DNA of 63,940 bases, counting the filler. It is 10 parts of 10 records of this genome, joined end to end, with 100 filler letters (N's around TTAATTAATTAA, not from the genome) between each part and the next. Parts side by side here need not be neighbours in the genome. Positions count along the whole stretch, not along the records: positions 31,809 to 35,413 come from SRR15195285_2280; positions 35,514 to 47,971 come from SRR15195285_2281; 8 more parts are not named here. One strand, 5' to 3'. The notes beneath the pieces are model-generated. The model was not told the origin of the DNA, made no database searches, and saw only the letters and a program-made list of their open reading frames with translations. The position numbers and the translations under genes are program-made. Every line of letters starts with the position of its first letter. Position 1 is the first letter of the stretch. This document shows, in pieces, positions 35,136-44,811 of this stretch.

Positions 35136-35839
35136 CTGTCGCGACTTGACGGTGCTTGAGCTTGGACCGCCAGCTGCTGCTGCTCGTGTATTCGCAGCAC
35201 GACTACTTCAGTGCCTGACGCGCCTCACATCCAGCAGACCGCCGCTCGAAAACGCTTCTCTCAGCGGCTGGCGCTCTGTACAGTCTACCCGGAGTACTAG
35301 TCAAGACTGTGCAGTAGCCCCTTCATGAGGCGCAGTGCCTCAAGCCTGAGCAAGGTGCTCGCTCAGGAGGACTGGCAAGACCTGATCGATCTCCAGCGCC
35401 AGGACAGCGAGGCNNNNNNNNNNNNNNNNNNNNNNNNNNNNNNNNNNNNNNNNNNNNTTAATTAATTAANNNNNNNNNNNNNNNNNNNNNNNNNNNNNNN
35501 NNNNNNNNNNNNNAATCTGGGGCCTCGACTCGGGCGTAGCACTATATATAGGCCCGCGCGCGGCGGCCAACAACCATGCACCATCCCGCCGCGAACCGAT
35601 CGGCACGCAGTACAGCTGCTATGTACGCGCGGTACTATACGCCGTATGTGAGCGGGTGAAAGGACAGCACAGGAGCTGGTGGAGCTGGCAGAGTTGGGTA
35701 GGGCTACTAGTACTAGGGCATCGTGGGAAGCGTCGCGGCGCGACCGGGCACCGGGACGGGCGGACGGACGCCGCCGGCGCACGCACGCAAGGCGGCGCGT
35801 ACAGTATCGGGACAGGCGTTCAGCAGTCTACGTGTCGAT

Positions 35840-38800
35840 ATGGAGGCCCCTATCAAGACAGAGCAGCCAGAAACGCATACCAGCACTCGTACTACATCTA
35901 GTGCTAGTGCTAGTGCTAGTAGCAGTAGCAGTAGCGATGACAACGACGGGGCATCGCAGGTCGCAATACAGGCAGGCCGAGGACTGCACGACCGTGCGCT
36001 GAGGGGCATGGGCGGACGGGGCCGCGAAAAGGCGTACCTAGACAGCTTCATGCAGGCCACACACCTGCTCAGCGCTGGACAGGTAGTGCCGCGGCCGGAA
36101 ACCCTGCTCGATGATCAGATCAGACCAAACTTATGGTTCCTCGAGAACAATCCGAAATCTGCGGCAAGGCGCAAGGGCACAGATAGGTGGATAATTTCCG
36201 GTGGGAGAAAAGGCAGCTCGCAAGTGTGGCTGACGGATACGTCCGGAGTTCGGAAACGATACGGTTGCGTGGTCCGCACCCAAGGCCAGACTCTGAAGTA
36301 CGCTCAGTTCAACCGTGTGACTCGAGTTGCGCGGTGTGCAGAGGTGGTTGAGGACTCAAATATGACAACTTGGATGGTACTGCCACCAGAATCCATGAAG
36401 CTAAAGCCGACGGCCTTCTCTGCTAGTGGCAGAAATACAGATCAGGCCGTCCTTGGCCTCAAACTTTCTTCGAGCACGGCTCGCAGATTCATTTCCTTTG
36501 AAAGTGCAGAGCCGGACGAAGACGGCATGGAGATGGGAGCTGTTGTTAGGCACCAAGACGAAGGAGTGCAGCTACTGAGTCACAATGGTGATTTTGCGGA
36601 ATGGCACCGATGCGCGCCCGGCGAAGCACCATTCTTTGAAGGGGAGGTTGTCGGATTTCGTCGAAACGGTCTGGTTTCGCGCAAAACACGCGGGGCGCCC
36701 ATGGTTGGCATTATCACACGCCAAGCTGTCGTGGAAGGGTCGGCGCCAGCACAGGCAGAACGCCACAACTTCGAAACTGTGGCGTACTCCGGGGTGGTTC
36801 CGGTGCGGCTGGCGCGAGACTCACACGACACACGATCGAAACGCTCTCCAACCGTGCATCCAGGACAATTGCTGTCACCGTCTGGCAATGACGACGGGCT
36901 GGCAGTCCTATGCTTGGCCACAGCAAGCGTCACTCGCGTAGGGGTACTGCTTGATAATTTGGAACTAGAGCATGGTGCGAACCTTGACGGTGGAGACTTC
37001 AAGTCGCCACGAGGCTTCGTGATGGTTAATGCGGTCGTGGTTACCCCTGCTGAGACCGTGCGCGCTGGCTCGTTGCGCGCGGACCTGGTGTATCGACTGG
37101 CAGTTGGCCTAATGTGGTTGATAGCAGTGGTCAGTGTGCTAGTTTACGCCTTCGTGCAGCACAGGGGCTCCCCTCGAAAGCCTGTTGCCCTGGCCTCTGC
37201 TTCCACGTCTGCCGCAGGCACGCCATCGTCAGTATGGTTGGGCTGCGATGGTGTGGCATGCCGTGATGGGGAGACGTATCGTCTCGGCCCGGCTGTCGAC
37301 GCTGATGATGGCAGTGAAACTTTCTCTGTTCAGTGTGCAGCGTCCGAATGCACACCCGCGCAGTGCTGCAGAGAAAACAAGTGTGGGGTATCCCAGCGCC
37401 TAACGTCGAACGCGATCAGATCTCAAGCGGCGGTACCGTTTGGCGAACCTAAATTTACGCAGTCGTACACGGAAACAACGGGCAGTGGTCCATGTGCAAC
37501 TGGAGGAGATTTGGACAGCGCGACATTGGCATTGGCGTGGGAGCGCGAGGTCAGCAGTGCCACCGGTGGCCAACTGTACAACGCAAGCAGGGATGCTTCT
37601 GCTGTTAGTGTGACTATTAGCAGTCGCTCAGCGACAGGTCGTTGCCTGAGACTGGCTGCAAGTTGGCAGTTCGAAGACGCGATTGCATACTGCCAGGGGA
37701 TCTGCAGCAGCACAGAGTTGTGCAGTGGGATCAGCATACGGCCACTGGCTGCTGGTGGGGGACACGACTGCTGCTTGCGCGCTAGGTGGCCAGATCTAAA
37801 TGGTGCAACACACAGCAAAGTTGCTAGGTGTTTTGTGAAGCAGCAGGAAGAGGGAAATGTGCAACAGACGAATCATTTTTGGTTGTGTGGCGATGTTAGC
37901 AACGGGCAGTGTGTCCTGTCGGCAACACCGCATGGGTATGACATGAACGTGCCGCCAACAGCAGGTGGTGCTATGATGAGTATCAGTACTTTGGGGCAAA
38001 TTTCATGTGCCACAGGTTTCAGCGTCATGTCTGCTGCTGAATCAACCGACAGCGGCTTTGATGATGGACATTTGCCGACTGCATTTTGTCCGTTTGATGG
38101 AGGAGCACTTATGCTCTCTGGATGTGTTGAGAACCAGTGCACCATGCCTCCTGCAGAAGTTGTAGTAGTAGCAAACAAGAGGAGTGGCACGATGTTCGTG
38201 GCCTCGGATTTCATGGTAGGCTTCGAAAGCGTGGAAGCAGCTTATGAGGCTTTCGTCGATGGGGCGCTGGAGGGCACGCGCTTTGTGGTAGAAAATCCAC
38301 ACGCGGAAACAGTTAGCTCCGTCGGAGCCGTCGGTTGCGCGCTGGGCTATGGCACTTCAACACGGTCACTCAAAGCTATCCAGGGAAAAGACCAAGGCGA
38401 GAACCCTCGCGTCTTGGCTTCACTGCCTTCGGTAAGCTGTGACAATCCACATCGATCATTCAACTTTACCGGGTGCTATCCTCAAGATAGTTGTGAAGCG
38501 TTGCATGGAAAAGGTGGTGACCAGAATTCTCCTTGTGCATTGATCGCTTCTCAATATCGTGGGAGCATCCAAGGTCTGTCTCGTATGGAGCAAGGGGGCT
38601 TCTTGGGGCGTTTCCAGACCGATTGCCAGGCACAGTCTGGATGCCAGTGGGTAGAACCACCACAGATGCTGCCCAAGGACACCGCGTGGGTGGGTTGCGT
38701 ACTGGCTCCGAACTGTACTGCTGCACAGATCGACTTCGGTGATAGTGTGTTGCAAAACAGACGAAACTGCGTGCGGATTAGTGGGTGCCAGTATTGTGTG

Positions 38801-38944
38801 CAGGAGTCTCGACTGCCACTTCTAGACGGTAGTCTAATAGCAGGCAACGCCGTCAGTGCACGCCTTTCAATCCAGGAAAGTGGAGGCGTGGCAACGTCTG
38901 AAACTATGCAAAGTGTCGAGGCAAAATATTGCGTGCGAACATGA
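35840..38944 (+). CDS. Putative membrane-tethered transcription factor A: CG-1/NAC-like domain + Peptidase_G2-like autoproteolytic domain + TM + Cys-rich ectodomain
   Basis: DRWIISGG...VRKRYG...LKYAQF; GDFAEWH (36587-36607)...EGEVVGF...VGIIT..AVVEGSAP...VAYSGVVPV...PSGNDDG; TM LAVGLMWLIAVVSVLVYAFV; about 590-aa Cys-rich C-terminus. Confidence 0.75.
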   Translation: MEAPIKTEQPETHTSTRTTSSASASASSSSSSDDNDGASQVAIQAGRGLHDRALRGMGGRGREKAYLDSFMQATHLLSAGQVVPRPETLLDDQIRPNLWFLENNPKSAARRKGTDRWIISGGRKGSSQVWLTDTSGVRKRYGCVVRTQGQTLKYAQFNRVTRVARCAEVVEDSNMTTWMVLPPESMKLKPTAFSASGRNTDQAVLGLKLSSSTARRFISFESAEPDEDGMEMGAVVRHQDEGVQLLSHNGDFAEWHRCAPGEAPFFEGEVVGFRRNGLVSRKTRGAPMVGIITRQAVVEGSAPAQAERHNFETVAYSGVVPVRLARDSHDTRSKRSPTVHPGQLLSPSGNDDGLAVLCLATASVTRVGVLLDNLELEHGANLDGGDFKSPRGFVMVNAVVVTPAETVRAGSLRADLVYRLAVGLMWLIAVVSVLVYAFVQHRGSPRKPVALASASTSAAGTPSSVWLGCDGVACRDGETYRLGPAVDADDGSETFSVQCAASECTPAQCCRENKCGVSQRLTSNAIRSQAAVPFGEPKFTQSYTETTGSGPCATGGDLDSATLALAWEREVSSATGGQLYNASRDASAVSVTISSRSATGRCLRLAASWQFEDAIAYCQGICSSTELCSGISIRPLAAGGGHDCCLRARWPDLNGATHSKVARCFVKQQEEGNVQQTNHFWLCGDVSNGQCVLSATPHGYDMNVPPTAGGAMMSISTLGQISCATGFSVMSAAESTDSGFDDGHLPTAFCPFDGGALMLSGCVENQCTMPPAEVVVVANKRSGTMFVASDFMVGFESVEAAYEAFVDGALEGTRFVVENPHAETVSSVGAVGCALGYGTSTRSLKAIQGKDQGENPRVLASLPSVSCDNPHRSFNFTGCYPQDSCEALHGKGGDQNSPCALIASQYRGSIQGLSRMEQGGFLGRFQTDCQAQSGCQWVEPPQMLPKDTAWVGCVLAPNCTAAQIDFGDSVLQNRRNCVRISGCQYCVQESRLPLLDGSLIAGNAVSARLSIQESGGVATSETMQSVEAKYCVRT

Positions 38945-39162
38945 CAGTGCGCCAATGAATTGAAGCAGTACTGCATTGGCTACAGCTGGACTCTTGTGCT
39001 GTTCTCGGCTCGGTCGCAAGTTCCATTGACGTGGCAGCAAGTCTATTCCATTGTTCCTGCGATGTACATGCAAACGTGTTGATCAACACATTTCGTCTCG
39101 ACACCTGAGCTTATCATCCTGGCTGCTATCGCCAGCTTGCGTGGGACCATAGTCCGTCAATT

Positions 39163-41547
39163 TTACGGTGTTAACGCTTGTGGGCTAGCCAAGAAAGGTT
39201 CGAGTGCCATTTGCTTTGCTGTGGGTCTTCGCTTGCAGGAACCGCACCCAAGTTGGGCTCGTCCATATCCTGTCTGTCGACATGATTGAATTGTCAAGCA
39301 TGTCGCTGCTACTCCCAGGCAAGTTGATAACAACACTCGAGGTTCAGCGAAAACAGGTTTGCTTGTTGCATCGCTTGCGGCAATATTTTCACAATCAGTC
39401 CCGAAATAGCCCAATCGACAGTGACACAGATAGGCGCGGCCGCTGTGCCCATGGTCAGCGCTGATATTCGGTAGCACAGCTTCACAGCTGCCGCCATGTA
39501 AACAGCGCTGCCCAGTCAGCTGCCGGCTGACGGTGATCTTGCATGGGTCGTAGCATACCACCTCGTTTCGAAGCACATTTCGCGCCGAGTCGTGGGGCAA
39601 CCAGCGACCATTGGCTCCACAGTTGTAGCTGGTGCCACTGCTACTAGTATGTACCTTATCGTCTAAACTCAGGGGTCGTACTTCCATGCTGTTTCCTTGT
39701 ATATAACCAAGAATGTAGTCAGGTGCGCATGCTACAACACAGCTGTCTCCATCTCCAAATACTCCAGTGCAACTTCGTGCGTTTGGAATCGGAGGACCGT
39801 GACATTGAATCGGAACACATCTGCTCTGACCATGCTTTGTGTCATCTACCGCGGAGACTCCGACGTGTCGTTGGTAGCCAGCTTCACAGGGACATGCGAA
39901 GCTCCTCGCGTCGGGGACGGTAGCCGTTGAGTGTGGTGGGCAGACGGCACACGTAGCTTTGGGATGTGAATCTGCAAGAGGCACCGCTGTCTGGTACTGG
40001 CCGACCGGACACTCACACTTCCACAGTAGCATTGCGACTGCGCCGCGGTCGACACACTTGGCCACTCCACTAGCTGGATGAGATACCACAGTGCCGGTGC
40101 TACCATTCACCGTCGTAACATTGCACCCCAGCCGACGCTGGTCACCAGGAGAGATTGTGCCAGGCAGATACGCCCCACCATGATATGTTGAGTGCCATGA
40201 TTGATTGATGCTACTCGGTGGAAGTTGGCACCCCAATTCAGATGGCCCCAAACTGACGAATGACCACTCGGTGCTCGGCCCAAACCGAAGACGATCTTCA
40301 GTGAGACACGCGGACCCACAGCCTGCCCATCCGATTACACAGTCAGTGGTACGTGTGTCCTGCGCGCCCGTGCTAGGACTGAGTGGTCCGTTCGTCAGCA
40401 GCCGATTTTGCTCTCCACGGCACCTGGCTAGCACAACTGGTGTCAATGTCACTGCAGCAAGTTCCATCTTGCCTAGATGGACGGCAGTGCCTTCGCCAAG
40501 CCAATATTGTGGCCCCGAGATGCTGTTGTTGGCGAAGTCGCTGTCATATATCATCACGGGGCTGGATGTGTCGATTGCAAGCGCACCGCCAGTTCCTGCG
40601 GCACGATTTCCTTCAAAAAATGATTCCGTGATCTCCACTGCACACGTAGAGCCAGATATGCTTACAGCACCACCCGCGCCAATTGAGTTATCCCTGCCGA
40701 CTCCTGCAGAGTTGTTTTTGAAGAGGCTTCCCGTAATCCGCACACTGCCCATCCGGTCATGCAGGGCAACGGCGCCACCATCACCTACTGGCGCTACCAA
40801 GTTGCCCTCAAAGATGCACGAATTTATCGTGGTCCTGCCAACATTACCACCAGCGGCAATGACGCCACCCGTATCTACGGCACGATTGTTGGCGAAAATG
40901 CAATGCTCTACAGTAAGATTCCCCAGATGCACGTACACGGCACCACCAACACGATTGGTCGGAATGTAGAAGCCTGCCGCTATCATTCTTGCAGCTATCG
41001 ATTGGTTCACATGTAGGGATGTAGACCACGTCGGCTGGTCGGGCGGATCGACTAGTCCGACCATTCGCACGAATCTCAATATCAGTGATGCGTTGATAGC
41101 GTCGATCCGGGACATAAGAGTCCCCCCCTTCCCTTGCACGATGACGGTTGTCCCAGCAGGGACAGCGTAGGTGTTGCTCGCCTGATTCACAGGGCCAGGC
41201 GGCCATCGAGATCCCGCCGCCCCCCGCTCGATGTAGCACTCGCTTATTCCGCTTGTGTCAAGTCGGAAGCGACTGCGAAGCACTCGGCAGGTGTACTCAC
41301 ACTCGTTGTTCACAGGCTTGGTGGTGGAGTATTGGGAGCCTTCTGACCAGAAATTCGCAGCCTTATCCGTGCAGGGGACGGGTGTTGAGTTTGGGGCCGA
41401 CACACTGTCCAGAGAAACGGCAACTATTGATAGAACTAGCAGCAGCCACCGCCCGGGAAGCATTCGCCCGGTCACGGCGCTGACTCCAGCAGAACGAACC
41501 TCTACAGTGTCGTCCGCACCCGCGTCCATAGGGCACGTACCCTCCAA
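39163..41547 (-). CDS. Cell-surface protein: signal peptide, Pmp-like GGA/FxxN beta-helix repeats, TNFR/GCC-like, sushi-like and EGF modules, probable C-terminal TM
   Basis: WLLLVLSIVAVSL; repeats FANNRA..GGVI, FEGN...GGAV, FKNNSA...GGAV, FEGNRA..GGAL; CECPVGQY..CAVCP; CLHGGSC...CHCRLGYFGTDCE. Confidence 0.8.
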   Translation of the reverse strand: MEGTCPMDAGADDTVEVRSAGVSAVTGRMLPGRWLLLVLSIVAVSLDSVSAPNSTPVPCTDKAANFWSEGSQYSTTKPVNNECEYTCRVLRSRFRLDTSGISECYIERGAAGSRWPPGPVNQASNTYAVPAGTTVIVQGKGGTLMSRIDAINASLILRFVRMVGLVDPPDQPTWSTSLHVNQSIAARMIAAGFYIPTNRVGGAVYVHLGNLTVEHCIFANNRAVDTGGVIAAGGNVGRTTINSCIFEGNLVAPVGDGGAVALHDRMGSVRITGSLFKNNSAGVGRDNSIGAGGAVSISGSTCAVEITESFFEGNRAAGTGGALAIDTSSPVMIYDSDFANNSISGPQYWLGEGTAVHLGKMELAAVTLTPVVLARCRGEQNRLLTNGPLSPSTGAQDTRTTDCVIGWAGCGSACLTEDRLRFGPSTEWSFVSLGPSELGCQLPPSSINQSWHSTYHGGAYLPGTISPGDQRRLGCNVTTVNGSTGTVVSHPASGVAKCVDRGAVAMLLWKCECPVGQYQTAVPLADSHPKATCAVCPPHSTATVPDARSFACPCEAGYQRHVGVSAVDDTKHGQSRCVPIQCHGPPIPNARSCTGVFGDGDSCVVACAPDYILGYIQGNSMEVRPLSLDDKVHTSSSGTSYNCGANGRWLPHDSARNVLRNEVVCYDPCKITVSRQLTGQRCLHGGSCEAVLPNISADHGHSGRAYLCHCRLGYFGTDCENIAASDATSKPVFAEPRVLLSTCLGVAATCLTIQSCRQTGYGRAQLGCGSCKRRPTAKQMALEPFLASPQALTP

Positions 41548-42030
41548 GAGATCTCGACACGGCTCTATATCTAGTCGCTACTAATAGCGCACTAACTAGA
41601 TATCAGGCGCTGATTGCGCTGCGTGGGGGGCGCCGAAGGTGGCGCCAAGAGGCAGGGGGCGCGTGCGTGCCGCGCGGTGGTACCTGGCATCCGTATAGTA
41701 CCGTACCGCGGCGGCGCGAGGTACACGCGTGTACACAGCTGTACCGGTACGGTCGCGCTGGCGCGGCCGCGTGCATGCGGCGCGCCGCGCGCGGGCGCAT
41801 CAGGCGCGCGAGCGCGCGGGGCTGTGGGCGCGACGGATACGGACCGGCGCGTGCTGCCGTGCTCCGGCCACTAGCAGCGCCGCGGTCCACTGCGCGGTCT
41901 CGCGATCGTACTAGTACACGATGATCGGCGACCCAGCAACGACTGCTCGCGTGCGCTGCACTCGTGGTCTAATCTGCAGCGGCTGATCCAGAGCGGAGAC
42001 GGAGATCCAAGACGAGTCCACGCCTATAGC

Positions 42031-44122
42031 ATGCAGGTGCAAGGGCCCGGCGACGGACAGTGTGAGCCTGATGGGCAGGGCGCTGCGCCTGTGAGTGCCC
42101 TGGTTACGGGCTGACCCAAGTGTCAATGGCTCGTCATTTTCTTACTGAAGTACCCCCTGACAGTCCCACCTGAATACTTGCGTGCAGGGCGGTCCGTCCA
42201 GGGAGGCCAACAATCCGAATGCTAAGCGTGATACCTACGTCAAACACGGTGCTAAGCGCGATACCTACGCCAAACACGATGAAACTGACCAAAAAGCCGC
42301 AGCTAAGTGGTTGCAGATGCTGCGCACAGGAGAGAGGCGGCCGCGGCCGAAGCATTTGGAAGACTTTGCCCCCTTCGGGTCGCAGATTTTTCTGGAAGAT
42401 CCCGTGCAGAGGCGATCCAAGGGTTCCGACAAGTGGGCCACAAGCGGTGGCCACAGTGGTGCTACCAAGATGTGGGCGACGGGTACCGAGGGCGTCGTGA
42501 AGCGATATGGCCGAGTGCTTCCGGTGGGTGCCAAGTCCAGTTCAAGTTTAAAGTTTGCGCAGTACACCCCGCTCGTGCGCCGCATCCTCAGTGCCGCGGG
42601 TGCAACAACAACCCAAGAGGTAGTGAACGACAAGACGAAAGCGCTATGGGTGGTGCAAAATCCTCTGCCGCAAATCCAGGCTCCGCCATCCTTGGAGCCA
42701 CCACCTGCAGATCATGTTTTGGAGTCGAGATCTGAGACCGAGCCCGTGGTGCGCGTGCGAGCTAGTTTTGGGAATCGCTTTGTGTCGTTCCAATCGAATT
42801 GCGAGGGCGAAGAGGGCATGGAGCTTGGTGCTATTGCGAGAAATGGCGATGGCATTAAGATGGAGAGCCAACAGGGTGACTTCGCAGAGTGGCACGAGCT
42901 TGCAGCGGACGAGCCGCTACTTGAGGAAGGAGACGTTGTCGGCTTTGAGCACGGTAAGATAACTCGGCGCACGAACGGGTGTCAAATGCTCGGCGTTGTT
43001 AGTCGCAAAGCTGTGGTCGAGGGCTCGGCACCACCACATGCAAACCGAGCCAACTACGACTGCGTGGCGTATGCCGGCATAGTGCCAGTGAAACTTGCAC
43101 GTCACGGATGCTCAAAGCTGCTCGCACCTGCGACCGGGCAGTCAGAGCGCAGTGGACTTTGTCGATCGCATGTGTGGGCAGAGACAGGTCAAATACTGAA
43201 GCCATCGGGCCGCAACGACGGCACAGCAGTCTTAGTAGACGCTAGGGAAGCTACATCTACCACTTGTCCCTGTGTTGGCTTGCTTTTGGACCAAGTTGCT
43301 GCTGCTGACTTCTTATCTGGCACAGGGTCTATCAACTCCTGCCGTGGCGCGAAGCATGCTCTCGTGTCTGCAGTTATAATAGAACCATCACAAACTGTGC
43401 CCGGCTACATCCGAAGTTCTTCGGGCCGCAAGCCATCGGGACGTCGGATCACTTGGCGTCTACTACTCTGCCAAGCTGTGGTGGTGCTCTGCGCTGCGTG
43501 TCTGTTCGTGCTGCTAGCACCGGCACGTAGTGGCAGATGTTCAGACCAAATTGTCGCGCTATGCAGTGCCGTGGGGGCAATGTCGCAACACGCGGACGAT
43601 CACCAATGTGACGGCCCAATATGCCAGTTTGAAGAATGTTGTGTGGACGCGTGCAGCATCAACACTGCCTATGACGCTAGCAGGCGCACAAACTCTAGTG
43701 ACGAAACTGGCAGCATGGTCAGGCCACACGAGAGAGACTTTGGAGTACTAGATTGTTTTGCTAAGTCTTCGTGGCAACACCCCTGCGCCATGATCCCACA
43801 AGCCATCATGGCATCGATGGTGGCGCCACAGACGCAAGCACAGTGCGAGGCACTTTGTAGCGGAAGACAGGCAAGATCGAGGGCAGGCTCAGTTGGTGGT
43901 ACTTGCATTCCCTTGCTGATGTATCGCAACAGTGCGGTGACCTCAAGCGAGTGTTGCTATCAGCATCCGACAGCAGCGGACAAGTCACGCCGCTTGGAGT
44001 TGTTGGCGAGCGTAAAGCCTGTACAGTGCGACTGCATCGAGTATCATTATGACGTGTCATTACCGGGCTCCGCCACAGTGACATGGGTGCCAGTATACGC
44101 TCTGCCGCAGCGGTCGCTTTAG
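42031..44122 (+). CDS. Putative membrane-tethered transcription factor B, paralogue of 35840-38944 (intron 42091-42187)
   Basis: DKWATSGG...VVKRYG...LKFAQY; GDFAEWH (42875-42895)...EGDVVGF...LGVVS..AVVEGSAP...VAYAGIVPV...PSGRNDG; TM LLLCQAVVVLCAACLFVLLA; Cys-rich tail. Confidence 0.75.
42221..42280 (+). repeat. Direct 30-bp tandem duplication (AKRDTYVKHG / AKRDTYAKHD)
   Basis: gctaagcgtgatacctacgtcaaacacggt followed by gctaagcgcgatacctacgccaaacacgat. Confidence 0.9.
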
Positions 44123-44811
44123 AAAAATATCGTACTGCGATGAAGGGGCGAGATACGTACCAAGTAGGCTCTATGGTGCAATCAATCTACCCGTATCGAT
44201 GCTGTACCTGTGAGCTAAGCACTGTACCCGCGATGCTACTGCATGCTCAAGCAAGGCCGACCGATGAATGAAGCCAAGTGTGCATTTCCTTTACTTGCTC
44301 GTCGCCTTCATTCACTTGGCTGTCTTGTTCACACCTCATCCACCGTCGCCCACCACATCAGCACTGTTCGCACAAGCGTCACCACACTCGAGACTCGACT
44401 CACTATAGCTCTTGTTGTCTTTACAGTTGTGGTTCTAATTTCTGGTAGCTTGTACCGGCCGGAAAGCTAATTCAACCACTCCACCATGCAGTGAATCTCC
44501 AGCATGTACCTAACGGTACCTTCAGATAGTAAAGTTGATGAGAAACAACTGCGGTTGTACTGCAGCTGTCAAGACCAGTTGATGAGTGACCTGGTTTCAG
44601 CTGTGCATCACCAAAGACGACCAAGTGCCATGGGTGCGGATGCCACCAGACGTTCGTTTGCAATCCAAGAAGATGACAATGCACACGCTTAAACGTACCG
44701 TACACCATCTTTGTGCGTGTCCGCAAAAGCACGTTTGCCCTCGTCTGCGTCGACAGCAACTGATCCCTGCTGTAGGCACGCAGTAGCTGCGCTGGTGCCT
44801 AGCTATTTTAG

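Noticed and set aside
35840-44122. Prophage or tail-fibre contamination explaining the G2-like domains
   Set aside because: The domains sit in eukaryotic-type TM proteins with disulfide-rich tails, one with a plausible spliceosomal intron, and there are no other phage genes.
35840-44122. True MYRF/MrfA orthologues
   Set aside because: No Ndt80-like domain and no S74 S-D-x-R-x-K motif; the motif is DFAE instead.
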